Assembly: GCA_041165225.1 (NCBI GenBank)
Contig: JBEANW010000534.1
Coordinates: 1 to 46,861, forward strand
DNA from: Cyanobacteriota bacterium
GTDB lineage: Bacteria; Cyanobacteriota; Cyanobacteriia; Cyanobacteriales; Xenococcaceae
Length of the DNA stretch: 46,861 nt
Direction: 5' to 3'
The translations under genes were made by a program, and so were the position numbers. Shown piece after piece: positions 37,777 to 46,302 of the stretch (the first letter of the stretch is position 1; each line of letters begins with the position of its first letter). The notes beneath the pieces were generated by a model. The model was not told the origin of the DNA. It saw only the letters and a list, made by a program, of their open reading frames with translations, and did no database searches.

Positions 37777-40136
37777 AGGCCCCCCGCTAATTCGTCTGGT
37801 GTTTGCGCTGCTTGCAATTCATTCTCTTTGACGTTATCCATTTCATCTTCAGGTAGCATAATCCATGTACACCTGCAATTGATTACATTGGCGGCGCTTC
37901 CTTCAGGAGCTCTAGGATATTGTAGTTCTTCTTTGCCAAACTTTCCTGAAACTACAAATGGTTTGTCATGGTCTACCGTTTGGCCTTGCATGTTGATATG
38001 ATCAAACTGATCCGTAGATTTGTATCCCCTGACTCTATCATCGCCTGAATTCAGCCACATTTTCTTGAGCTTGGGGATAATCTTTGCAGCGTCTTTCATG
38101 GCTGCCCCCTGGCCCGCACTAACCGCCGATAGAGTCTCGGTCCTGGCTATCGTCCTGGCCCTATTGCCGACTGCTTTGGTATTGGCATCTGCCAGTAAAT
38201 TCTTGGCTATTTCATCTATGGTTTTGTTTTCTTTTACTGCCCTTTCAATGATGACCATAGCTCTTTCTGTAGTCGATTTATTTAGATTTGCAAATGAAGT
38301 TAAACCACGTTCTTTTAGTAGCAATCTTCTTCGCTGCTTGTCCTTTTCTTTCAATGCCTGTAGCTCATCTCTGCTTGTTCCTCCAAATGGGATATCAAGA
38401 CCAGCTCCATAGCCAAGCTCTAAAGCTGGCTTTAAATTGGTACTGTAATCTTCTCCCCATTCCTTCTTGCCAGTCTTGTCTAAAGTGGCTTGAACTTTCT
38501 CTTTAAGCTTCTCTTTATCCTTAATTTTAGCCTTGATTACCCATGATTTTGTAGATCCAACATGGTCTGATCTGAAGTAACTCCTTTGCTCTTCATATCC
38601 CTTTTCATCTGTCAAGTATTCTTTTGCCACCTTGATAATCTCAGGGTATTGTTTAGCGAATAAATCCAATGCCGCCTGGAACATTTTAGGCTCTGATTCG
38701 GCAACTACCTTGGAGATATCTTGCTCCCGTTTCTTAAACCAATCGTTGTTCTGCTTTAGGAATCTCTCGGCCTTCTCGGCATAGGGGCTTACCACGAGCT
38801 CCTCAGCGTCAAACTCCTTGGTTTCAGCGGTTTTATCTGCTGGATCTGGCTGTAGAGCCATGGAGAATTGAGGAAATTGTGGATAGGCTGGTTGCTTCTG
38901 CGATCCTGGTAAAGCGTCTCCGCCTTCTAAGGGAGCATCATTCCATACCGTATGCCGTACCTCGTTTAGAGTTCGGCTCGTGAGCATGGCCGTTGCAATG
39001 TCTGCCTTGGTCTTGTAGTCCTCTTGCAAGATATCGACATCGCTTAGATCAAACTCAAGGAAGTGATCTGGACCTAGCTCTTGTGCCCAGACTTTCGACA
39101 ATGCCCCTGCAATCATTCTCATCTTGGGCTTAAGACTTGCTGCCCAGAAGTTTTTTAGCGCGGTCTTGTATTCTTCAGACCCTAAGGATCCTGTCTTCTG
39201 GAGTCCGACTTCGTGCGGTGGGATCTTAAGGATACTGATAATCGTTTCACGGTTTAGGATGATATGCTCTTTTAACTGCTGATCTGCAAGGGTATGGCTC
39301 GCAACTTGAGCCGTAACACCCTTGGGTATGATCATAGTACGCCGTTGATTCTTTCGCCCCGTGTAGCTCATTTCGATTGATCTTAGAAGCCTTAAAGCGT
39401 TCTGCTCATTCGATCCATCGCCCATCTGTAGGATCAAACCAGGCGATGCACCCTTCTGATAGAAGGCATTGAGATACTCTGTTGACCAACGGTTAAACGC
39501 CAAGACCCTTTGACCTGGGATAAATGGCGACATTCCCCAAACCATTGAAGAAGGATTTGGTAACCGAATGTGTGCGACATCGACGGGCAGGAAGGAAAAC
39601 ATTGGCCGCTTCTGCATAAAACCATATGAGTCAATATGGCTATAAGTCACATAGCGAGTTATCTTGCCATCTCGGTCAAAGTCAATTCCGATGTTTTCCA
39701 CGGGGATTGGGAAGATCTTTTTATTGCCGCGCCAGTACCATTGTGGAGCGTTTCCAGTTAGGCAAAGGTCGGCTGCAATGTTGTACATCCACGAATAGTA
39801 ATCTTGCATTTCATTCGGGTTTTCGATGACCTTTTGCAGCCAATGATCTTCAGCTGGTTGTACGCTAGTCTTACCGTTTTCAATCGTTTGCTTCATCACT
39901 CGGAGCTGCTGGCTAGAGATCTTTGAAGCGAGGAGATCGACGCAAATAAAGACCCAATCTTCACTTTGGAACAAGTGTTTTAGCTGCGCTGAATCCAGCG
40001 TCATCTGATCATCTGTGTTGAACTTCCCGTTCATTTCGCCTTGCATTACTTGCGCGAGCGACACCCCCTTAGAACTATATTCTATGATATCTTTTATCGT
40101 ACTTTCGTAACGCATAATGTCATGTTCAATCGTCAT
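37773..40136 (-). CDS. Portal protein fused to a Mu gpF/SPP1 gp7-like minor head domain
   Basis: HK97 portal motifs (VFICV..LA, GNA, GMSP, IPP..VG, T.NEVR) followed by RA.TIARTE, K.W....D.RVR and NCRC. Confidence 0.9.
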   Translation of the reverse strand: MTIEHDIMRYESTIKDIIEYSSKGVSLAQVMQGEMNGKFNTDDQMTLDSAQLKHLFQSEDWVFICVDLLASKISSQQLRVMKQTIENGKTSVQPAEDHWLQKVIENPNEMQDYYSWMYNIAADLCLTGNAPQWYWRGNKKIFPIPVENIGIDFDRDGKITRYVTYSHIDSYGFMQKRPMFSFLPVDVAHIRLPNPSSMVWGMSPFIPGQRVLAFNRWSTEYLNAFYQKGASPGLILQMGDGSNEQNALRLLRSIEMSYTGRKNQRRTMIIPKGVTAQVASHTLADQQLKEHIILNRETIISILKIPPHEVGLQKTGSLGSEEYKTALKNFWAASLKPKMRMIAGALSKVWAQELGPDHFLEFDLSDVDILQEDYKTKADIATAMLTSRTLNEVRHTVWNDAPLEGGDALPGSQKQPAYPQFPQFSMALQPDPADKTAETKEFDAEELVVSPYAEKAERFLKQNNDWFKKREQDISKVVAESEPKMFQAALDLFAKQYPEIIKVAKEYLTDEKGYEEQRSYFRSDHVGSTKSWVIKAKIKDKEKLKEKVQATLDKTGKKEWGEDYSTNLKPALELGYGAGLDIPFGGTSRDELQALKEKDKQRRRLLLKERGLTSFANLNKSTTERAMVIIERAVKENKTIDEIAKNLLADANTKAVGNRARTIARTETLSAVSAGQGAAMKDAAKIIPKLKKMWLNSGDDRVRGYKSTDQFDHINMQGQTVDHDKPFVVSGKFGKEELQYPRAPEGSAANVINCRCTWIMLPEDEMDNVKENELQAAQTPDELAGGL

Positions 40137-41457
40137 CTGCTAGGTCCTCTGTGAACAAGGGATCGAGATTCTCTAAGACCTTAACGTCAAAGCTATTGTT
40201 ACGTATTTTTAGGCAAGCATACCAGGCTAGCATTAGACCTGTTACAAGGTCGTCATGTTCACCTTTCGGCGCGCTATAAAACATCATTCCTAAGTTGTTA
40301 GATCGTACCTCGAAAGAGCTGAGTTCTTCAAGCATGGTTTGGTAGTTTGGGATGATGACTTCTTTAGACTCAAAAGCGTTCATAAGCAGGGCTACCATTT
40401 CAGCCTTATTTGTGTTGTTAAAAGTGACACCGTAATAGTCGCATCCAATGTCCTCTAACATCTCATCAAGCGCCACCCCTACACCCGTCTTATCGTGCAT
40501 CAAAAAGCACACGTTTTTGAAGCATTTTAAGAAGGTTTTAAGGCGCAAAATTTGTAGTTTATAAGCAACATTCCGTTGTCTCCTTATGCCTACTACTCTA
40601 CCGCTTTTAAGACATATTGCTACTGTCACAGCGAAGTCTAAAGTCTTCGCCCAATCGACCCCTATCACAACATCGGAAGTTAGTGAATCTTCATGCACCC
40701 ACATAAGCGAATCGGCTTCATCTGGGTTGATTTCTTCACCCTCAATGCAAGCATTTATGTTGGTGAAAATGCTTCCTTCGTCTAAGAATTCTGCAAGGTA
40801 ATATTGTCTAAACAGCCTATCAATTAAGGTTCGTTTTGCGAAGTCGATTGACTCTTGCGGAACATACTTATTGTCAGAAGTAGGCGCAGTAATAAAGATA
40901 GATTCGGGAGTTCTATTGTGCTTATAAGCCCATTCCATCCTTGCCTTGGCATCCATGGCTTTGTGATAAAAATGGTTCTTCCCCAACGGCGTAGACAGAT
41001 ACACAATCGGCCCTTTTGTAACCGTTGTTGTGGTCCGGCAAGCTGCATAAACCAATGGTTTTAACTTGGCTGCTTCATCCAGGATATACCCGTCTACTGC
41101 CTCCCCCTCCAAGCTTTCGGGTTCCTGGCCGTGAAAGCATTGCACCTGGGTATCAAGGTGAGGGAAGTTCACGATCAAGTTTGATTCGTTTAGCTTGGTG
41201 TATGGCGATCCAGGCAACATCCGTTTTAGATATTTGAATCCGATACGAGCCTGGGAATAAATGGGGCTTACCCATCTAAACAATTTTTGTCTACGCAAAG
41301 GAGCTGCCACAATGATAGCACTGGCTCCCGACAAGCTCTTGCCGTATTTCGTGCCACAGGCTACCACGATCTCTTTCACTCCTGGCGTGATAAAAGCTCG
41401 CATGATCTGCTCTTGGCTTTTACTGTGTGGTTCAGGTGTTTGAATCTCCAGGAACAA
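40126..41457 (-). CDS. terL: Terminase large subunit
   Basis: Walker A variant CGTKYGKS, ILDEAA, STP.G.N.FY, GVDWA...D and HDD nuclease motifs. Confidence 0.93.
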   Translation of the reverse strand: MFLEIQTPEPHSKSQEQIMRAFITPGVKEIVVACGTKYGKSLSGASAIIVAAPLRRQKLFRWVSPIYSQARIGFKYLKRMLPGSPYTKLNESNLIVNFPHLDTQVQCFHGQEPESLEGEAVDGYILDEAAKLKPLVYAACRTTTTVTKGPIVYLSTPLGKNHFYHKAMDAKARMEWAYKHNRTPESIFITAPTSDNKYVPQESIDFAKRTLIDRLFRQYYLAEFLDEGSIFTNINACIEGEEINPDEADSLMWVHEDSLTSDVVIGVDWAKTLDFAVTVAICLKSGRVVGIRRQRNVAYKLQILRLKTFLKCFKNVCFLMHDKTGVGVALDEMLEDIGCDYYGVTFNNTNKAEMVALLMNAFESKEVIIPNYQTMLEELSSFEVRSNNLGMMFYSAPKGEHDDLVTGLMLAWYACLKIRNNSFDVKVLENLDPLFTEDLADDD

Positions 41458-41908
41458 GTTCGGCCTCCAATACTTCTTGCTCGCTTTTTATGATTTCGCC
41501 CTGCTTGCCGATGCGAGTCCGAAAGATTATGCCCTCGATTGCCTTTTCGTTGGGGGCTCTGTCCTTCCCAGCTCCCGAAACATATTCAGCCATGAGAGGA
41601 GCCAGGACTATCTTTGCCGCTTCGATTATGTCCTTTTTGCTTGTCATATCGTCTTGGATGATATGAATCAAGGCTTTGATCGCTACCGATTGGGCTCTTT
41701 TCAAAAGCTCTGAGGTAGTTCCGAAATGCTCGTTTATCGCTGCGATAAAGTTTTTTTGTCTACATCTATAATTAACCGTATGTAGATTTGCGCCAATAGC
41801 CTTGGCGGTTTCAGTGAGTCCTGCCGTTGGATTGCTTACCTTGTACTTAAAGATAAGCTTGTCCAGCGTATCAAGCTTATGCTTGTCCGGTATCGTTGTC
41901 TCAGTCAT
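41432..41908 (-). CDS. terS: Terminase small subunit (putative)
   Basis: N-terminal HTH plus helical oligomerisation region, directly upstream of terL. Confidence 0.65.
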   Translation of the reverse strand: MTETTIPDKHKLDTLDKLIFKYKVSNPTAGLTETAKAIGANLHTVNYRCRQKNFIAAINEHFGTTSELLKRAQSVAIKALIHIIQDDMTSKKDIIEAAKIVLAPLMAEYVSGAGKDRAPNEKAIEGIIFRTRIGKQGEIIKSEQEVLEAELVPGDSNT

Positions 41909-41920
41909 TTTATACCCAAT

Positions 41921-41952
41921 AAAAAAAGTGATAATAATAAATTATTATCACC
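41921..41952 (-). terminator. Intrinsic terminator immediately upstream of terS
   Basis: GTGATAATAA-TTTA-TTATTATCAC followed by T7. Confidence 0.65.
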
Positions 41953-41992
41953 TAATCTATGGATACGCTACAAGTTATACCTGTCTAATTTT

Positions 41993-42142
41993 TCAAAGCC
42001 TATGAATAAATGAGCAGGTTTCAATCGTCTTTGATTTCAGGCACTCGGTCTTCCGATCCTGCTCCTTCGTTCTCTCACATTGCAGGGTAGCCAGAATCAT
42101 CCAAGTTATAGTTATTTGAGTTAGATTAAATCGGATAGTCAT
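41993..42142 (-). CDS. Small hypothetical protein, 49 aa, not in the ORF track
   Basis: MTIRFNLTQITITWMILATLQC...; starts 3 nt after the upstream stop. Confidence 0.4.
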   Translation of the reverse strand: MTIRFNLTQITITWMILATLQCERTKEQDRKTECLKSKTIETCSFIHRL

Positions 42143-42145
42143 CCT

Positions 42146-42553
42146 TTAGCCTTTCTTATTCCATTCGATCTCTGATTTCAAATGGGCAAACTTGCCACAG
42201 ACCCACCTTTTAAATTCAGGAAAATCTTCCCTATCGTTGAGCTTGTAACGATCATATTCTAGCAACTCGCCCATGATCTCGCTGTAATAATCGGTGAAAA
42301 TCCTGGCTTTATCATCTTTGGACTCTTCAAACAAAGGGCTCAATTTTTCCTGGCCGTTTACGTTATGTCTTTCTGAGTCTGAATAAAAATTAATATAGAC
42401 AACCTCCTCTTTCTTAAAGCCTTCAAAAAGCAATTGTTGCCTAATTTTTTCAACCATTTCTTTCTTGCTCTCAGCTTCGCCACGTTCCGGCTTATGAAGC
42501 TCGCCAAGTCCGTATATGTAGACTCTAAAATAGAATTTCATGGGTTTCCTCAA
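42146..42553 (-). CDS. Hypothetical protein
   Basis: 135 aa in the early cluster. Confidence 0.65.
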   Translation of the reverse strand: MRKPMKFYFRVYIYGLGELHKPERGEAESKKEMVEKIRQQLLFEGFKKEEVVYINFYSDSERHNVNGQEKLSPLFEESKDDKARIFTDYYSEIMGELLEYDRYKLNDREDFPEFKRWVCGKFAHLKSEIEWNKKG

Positions 42554-42559
42554 TGATTG

Positions 42560-42742
42560 TTATCGATCCGAAAATAACAATTCCCTTCTTTTCTTGTCCC
42601 ACTCCATAACTTTTAACAGCAATAAACTACGACACTCATTAATTCCCTTTGTTTCAAAGTCACCAAGTATAATCGTAATTTCATAATTTAGTTCCAAAGC
42701 ATTTTCAATGACCCACTCTCTTAAATCCATATCAACCATCAT
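42560..42742 (-). CDS. Hypothetical protein
   Basis: Coupled by a 4-nt overlap with the upstream gene. Confidence 0.55.
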   Translation of the reverse strand: MMVDMDLREWVIENALELNYEITIILGDFETKGINECRSLLLLKVMEWDKKRRELLFSDR

Positions 42743-42963
42743 AGTTCAACCTCGATTATATATAGATCATAGCATCCCATTTCGTCTGGTTTCGTTTCGT
42801 ATCTTGTCTCGAAATTCCCGTATAATGCCTTTTTAAGTTTTAAAAAAGCCTCAACGTCTTCAATCCTTTCGTAAGCTCCTACTGAAAGCCGAGATCCTGG
42901 AAATGAACCACCATAGACATATCTAGACTTAAAAATATGGTAGAGCATTTTATGTAACCTCAT
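42739..42963 (-). CDS. Hypothetical protein, paralog of 44219-44473
   Basis: Shared YER..DV..FLK and PD..GCYDLY.I.V motifs. Confidence 0.75.
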   Translation of the reverse strand: MRLHKMLYHIFKSRYVYGGSFPGSRLSVGAYERIEDVEAFLKLKKALYGNFETRYETKPDEMGCYDLYIIEVEL

Positions 42964-43063
42964 TCATTTTTTTATGGACTACCATTATTTTTATGTTTGC
43001 TAAAATGGATAAAAATAAAATTATCAATATCGGTAGGATTGAAAAAAATATTATCAATATCAT
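42950..43063 (-). CDS. Small membrane peptide, 37 aa, not in the ORF track
   Basis: MILIIFFSILPILIILFLSILANIKIMVVHKK...; overlaps the next start; weak RBS. Confidence 0.4.
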   Translation of the reverse strand: MILIIFFSILPILIILFLSILANIKIMVVHKKMNEVT

Positions 43064-43132
43064 AATATGCCAGTATTTTAATAAATCTATGAAACCTCTC
43101 AATAGGGTTTACTCCCAATCAAGCTCAAATAT

Positions 43133-43390
43133 TTAACGCCTGTCGTCGATCCACTCTTTGAGCCCCTCGATAACCTCATCATCGATATCGTGGAGAACAC
43201 TTTTTGCATAAAGCCAATCTTCGCTTTGGAGCTCTTGCAAAGTAAAATTCGTAAACAATATCCATTCAGTTCCATCGTAATACTCCAAATAATCGCCAAT
43301 CGGGTCAAGTCTAACTCTGATCTTCAATCCGCTATCTTTGAGATATATACTCCTACCCCTTGCGTTCTTTATCGCTTCTAGCAAGTTCAT
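43133..43390 (-). CDS. Hypothetical protein (DUF2829-like pattern)
   Basis: MNL.EA.K...G ... F...EL.SEDW pattern common in small phage proteins. Confidence 0.6.
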   Translation of the reverse strand: MNLLEAIKNARGRSIYLKDSGLKIRVRLDPIGDYLEYYDGTEWILFTNFTLQELQSEDWLYAKSVLHDIDDEVIEGLKEWIDDRR

Positions 43391-43511
43391 CTTTGTTTCT
43401 TTCTATAAAATATTTTGTAAGAAACGAACTTATAAAAAAAGGAATACAAAATAACAATAGACATAATCCAACCATTCGAAGTGTATTATCTACGACAAAA
43501 AATTCACTCAC
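43353..43511 (-). CDS. Small single-TM protein, 52 aa, not in the ORF track
   Basis: GTG start overlapping the upstream stop; VGLCLLLFCIPFFISSFL TM segment. Confidence 0.45.
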   Translation of the reverse strand: MSEFFVVDNTLRMVGLCLLLFCIPFFISSFLTKYFIERNKDELARSDKERKG

Positions 43512-43704
43512 CTACCAACCCCTCTCTCTCTGCCGTGAGCAATTCCATATAAGCCAAGATTGCGGCCAGCTTTTCCTCCGGCTCGTAAGATCTGAGTCGT
43601 TTGATTAACACTGCAAAGATAATGGCATCCCTTTCTTGCTGTGTTTTATTTTCTAGCAAGACATTGATAGCCACCGCTACATCAACCAGATCGGTTTTAC
43701 TCAT
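43504..43704 (-). CDS. Hypothetical protein
   Basis: 66 aa, coupled. Confidence 0.6.
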   Translation of the reverse strand: MSKTDLVDVAVAINVLLENKTQQERDAIIFAVLIKRLRSYEPEEKLAAILAYMELLTAEREGLVGE

Positions 43705-44071
43705 AGTCTTTCCACATTTTATCTATAATGTAATAAGTATAATTAGCCATCGAATCAAAGATATCTTCTAGCCCTTTTGATTGATTCCTAGTTGCCATGT
43801 ATTGTGTAAGCTCGCGTTCTATTATCGATACATTTTTGAATGGCTGCTGTGTCGTTTCGCTCCAAAACTCCGACAAAGCACTTTGATATAAATTGGGATC
43901 TTCAACCGTGAAATCGACATGAGTTGCTGAATGAGCTTTTAACTTTAAAGCTATCTCTCCTTCTAGCCTGAATCTAAATATCTTTTTAACTTTTACAAGT
44001 TCCTGGCTATCAAAAAAGCCTTCCATGTTTGCGTACCATCCATCAAAAAGTCTATCAGCCAACTTTTTCAT
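43697..44071 (-). CDS. Hypothetical protein
   Basis: Start reassigned to MKKLAD, overlapping the end of the RHH gene. Confidence 0.65.
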   Translation of the reverse strand: MKKLADRLFDGWYANMEGFFDSQELVKVKKIFRFRLEGEIALKLKAHSATHVDFTVEDPNLYQSALSEFWSETTQQPFKNVSIIERELTQYMATRNQSKGLEDIFDSMANYTYYIIDKMWKDYE

Positions 44072-44222
44072 TCTTCGCCTCATCAAGCAGTTGTCTAATA
44101 GTCTCACTCCGAGACTTTAACTTCCTCCTTTTTTTGATCTTATCTAAAGCTTTTATGTGTGCTTCAGATAGCGTGAAGCTAACATTGGTAACAAACTCAC
44201 CATCGACAACCCTATTGTTCAT
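44055..44222 (-). CDS. Ribbon-helix-helix (CopG/Arc/MetJ-like) transcription regulator, 55 aa, not in the ORF track
   Basis: VSFTLSEAHIKALDKIKKRRKLKSRSETIRQLLDE; ATGA overlap with the upstream stop. Confidence 0.75.
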   Translation of the reverse strand: MNNRVVDGEFVTNVSFTLSEAHIKALDKIKKRRKLKSRSETIRQLLDEAKNEKVG

Positions 44223-44473
44223 TTTTTTTCTTCCTTTTCTAGCTCAAAGTGGACATCAATTTTATATAGATCATAACATCCAATGCTATCTGGCTCAGTT
44301 TGATAAAAAGCACAACCTACATATCTGTGCATTACTTTTCTTTTTTTTAAAAATATTTTAACATCCTGAGATCTTTCGTAACGCGCTACGGCTTTCCAAT
44401 GACCTTGAAAAATAACATTATGCTCACATTTCGTTTTATAGATCGTGTAGTAGCACTTATCTTTTTTCATCAC
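44219..44473 (-). CDS. Hypothetical protein, paralog of 42739-42963
   Basis: Shared motifs as above. Confidence 0.75.
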   Translation of the reverse strand: MMKKDKCYYTIYKTKCEHNVIFQGHWKAVARYERSQDVKIFLKKRKVMHRYVGCAFYQTEPDSIGCYDLYKIDVHFELEKEEKK

Positions 44474-44849
44474 TTTTTACCTTTGCACATTTCTCAAGAT
44501 AATCATCGACCCATGGTCCGTTAGTCCCTTGTTTCATCATTTTTTTGATAACTTCCTCTAGCGTGTATTTTTTAAAATCAACGACTTGGTAATGATTATG
44601 ATAATCCTGTATCGACATGACAAATATTATTCTGTGTGGGACTCCTTTAATATTAACCAGACCAAATGCTAAGGTCTCCTGTTCAATTCTATGCTCTAGC
44701 CAGGCATGAGAATACAAAGACCCATCTTGCATTGTGCAAATTCCATGAACCAAAAAATATTCGTCTCCTTCTGGATTCAAGAGCATATAATCTGCCGTAT
44801 CATCAAAGCAAGAGCCTGTAGGGAATATCGTGTCTTTATCAATGTTCAT
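44457..44849 (-). CDS. Putative papain/transglutaminase-fold protein
   Basis: GSCF...LVHG......HAWLE...GPW; Cys and HAWxE arrangement as in transglutaminase-like/lasso B2 peptidases. Confidence 0.5.
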   Translation of the reverse strand: MNIDKDTIFPTGSCFDDTADYMLLNPEGDEYFLVHGICTMQDGSLYSHAWLEHRIEQETLAFGLVNIKGVPHRIIFVMSIQDYHNHYQVVDFKKYTLEEVIKKMMKQGTNGPWVDDYLEKCAKVKSDEKR

Positions 44850-45075
44850 GATCATGATCCCTTTTACACCAACCAAAAAATGACATATTCATCTTTATCT
44901 TTTCTCTAAGACTTTTGCCGAGCTTCAAACAATTTTCTGGGCTAACAATTGTCATAAAAGGATCTATACCATGCTGAACTCCAATTCCAATCAGCAGGGA
45001 TCTAATGCAATCTTGATAAAACTTTTCACAATCTGCTACCGTTGGATCTTTAATTATCATTTTCGTCATCCCCAT
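44839..45075 (-). CDS. Hypothetical protein
   Basis: 78 aa in the early operon. Confidence 0.55.
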   Translation of the reverse strand: MGMTKMIIKDPTVADCEKFYQDCIRSLLIGIGVQHGIDPFMTIVSPENCLKLGKSLREKIKMNMSFFGWCKRDHDHEH

Positions 45076-45083
45076 TTTTTTTT

Positions 45084-45287
45084 CTAAATTGAGTCAAGCG
45101 CCATTATTTTCCTGATCTTGGTAATCGTGTTGGCCTTCCCCACTACCTTATTTGTCGCTACGTTTCGGCAAGTCCAGACTTGCAAAACCAAGACTGTCCT
45201 TACCAATTCGTAGCGCTCGCACTCGGAGCGATAAAGCCCCTTTTTAACCAAGTTGAATTTCACGCCGCCACCATTCTGATCAGCCAA
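45084..45287 (-). CDS. Hypothetical protein
   Basis: Real start may be the GTG at 45263, overlapping the upstream stop. Confidence 0.55.
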   Translation of the reverse strand: MADQNGGGVKFNLVKKGLYRSECERYELVRTVLVLQVWTCRNVATNKVVGKANTITKIRKIMALDSI

Positions 45288-45478
45288 ATGCTTTTTTGGT
45301 GCTTGTGGTCGGAGATTGTTACAATGCCTTTTTCGCTCAGTGATCTAGCAGCGCGGCGCATTGAAAAAGTGTCAATCGAGCAAAAGCCAAGGGATTGGTA
45401 AAACTTGATTTTTTTGAGGAGCTTTAATTCTGTCTTGTTGTATTTCATTGGTTTTATCCTTTGCGGCGGGGGCTTCAT
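45260..45478 (-). CDS. Small basic protein, possibly winged-helix
   Basis: GAGAGGG RBS after a strong promoter; RAARSLSEKGIV resembles a wHTH recognition helix and wing. Confidence 0.55.
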   Translation of the reverse strand: MKPPPQRIKPMKYNKTELKLLKKIKFYQSLGFCSIDTFSMRRAARSLSEKGIVTISDHKHQKSIWLIRMVAA

Positions 45479-45496
45479 TGCCCTCTCTTGAAACCA

Positions 45497-45525
45497 ACAA
45501 TATTATCTTTCACCATTCCCGTCAA
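45497..45525 (-). promoter_or_regulatory. Sigma70-type promoter
   Basis: TTGACG-17 nt-TATTGT with an AT-rich upstream element, just after a terminator. Confidence 0.7.
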
Positions 45526-45560
45526 GTGAAAAATAATATTATTGTAACCAGTAATAAAGA

Positions 45561-45596
45561 CAAAAGAAAAGACGGCATCTCATAGAAATGCCGCCG
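45561..45596 (-). terminator. Intrinsic terminator
   Basis: GGCGGCATTTC-TAT-GAGATGCCGTC followed by TTTTCTTTT. Confidence 0.8.
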
Positions 45597-45630
45597 CCGC
45601 TAGAATGGGTATTAAGAGATCTTGTCAGAT

Positions 45631-45777
45631 TTAAGCGGGAGGAGCAACAGGAAGCACTTTTTCCTTGACTTTGCCAAGCTTTCCATGGCTCCAAACGAAA
45701 GGAAATAGCAGTAACGAAGCAGCAACTACGAGAATAACAACACATGCCGAACCTAAGCTTTTGATTTCCGCGCCCAT
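45631..45777 (-). CDS. Small single-TM protein, 48 aa, not in the ORF track
   Basis: AAGGGGA RBS; MGAEIKSLGSACVVILVVAASLLLFPFVW...; followed by the terminator. Confidence 0.6.
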   Translation of the reverse strand: MGAEIKSLGSACVVILVVAASLLLFPFVWSHGKLGKVKEKVLPVAPPA

Positions 45778-45790
45778 AATAATATCCCCT

Positions 45791-46144
45791 TTAAATTAGT
45801 TTAAGGTATATCTTAGCAGTTTGGAGTATTATTTCAGCGTTTTTTTGCATGCGTTCGGGGAGTAGATCATAAGGTATTAACCACGGGTTTGTTTTCGTCG
45901 TTACGTTTCTAATAAACCCCCGCTTCCAACCATCCGCGACATAAGCTTTAACATAGATATCATGCAATGAAATGGCGTCAGCATCGGGATTAAGCTCAAC
46001 GAAAGAAACTTGCTTAATGACTATATCTCTATCAAGTTGAGCCAGATTATTCCAATTTGTGACACCGCCAGTATCCGACAATCTTTGAAACTGCGCGAGG
46101 CTTGAATAAGCTAATATGGCCACTTTATCACACCCGTATTGCAT
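45791..46144 (-). CDS. RyR-domain protein
   Basis: LHD.Y......GW..G......KT.P.LIPYD.LPE matches the RyR repeat consensus (H..W.....GW.YG...KTHP.LVPY..LPE). Confidence 0.7.
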   Translation of the reverse strand: MQYGCDKVAILAYSSLAQFQRLSDTGGVTNWNNLAQLDRDIVIKQVSFVELNPDADAISLHDIYVKAYVADGWKRGFIRNVTTKTNPWLIPYDLLPERMQKNAEIILQTAKIYLKLI

Positions 46145-46302
46145 AAGAACTCTAGGCCTTCTTCGCAGTCGCTCAGATTAAGTCCACATCGGCTTTCTTG
46201 AGCTTGTTTGCACGTTGCTACCTCGCCACTTTGGAGCTCGTAGATGCCGCTTTCCGGCATCGTCTGACAAGCCGCCGCACCAAGACAAAAACCAATGATC
46301 AA
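46111..46302 (-). CDS. Small Cys-rich putative lipoprotein
   Basis: Short hydrophobic leader ending LGAAAC; four further Cys. Confidence 0.55.
   Translation of the reverse strand: MIIGFCLGAAACQTMPESGIYELQSGEVATCKQAQESRCGLNLSDCEEGLEFLCNTGVIKWPY

Noticed and set aside
45539-45745. Cys/Ser-rich 68-aa ORF
   Set aside because: Runs through a terminator and overlaps a better-supported 48-aa TM ORF with an RBS.
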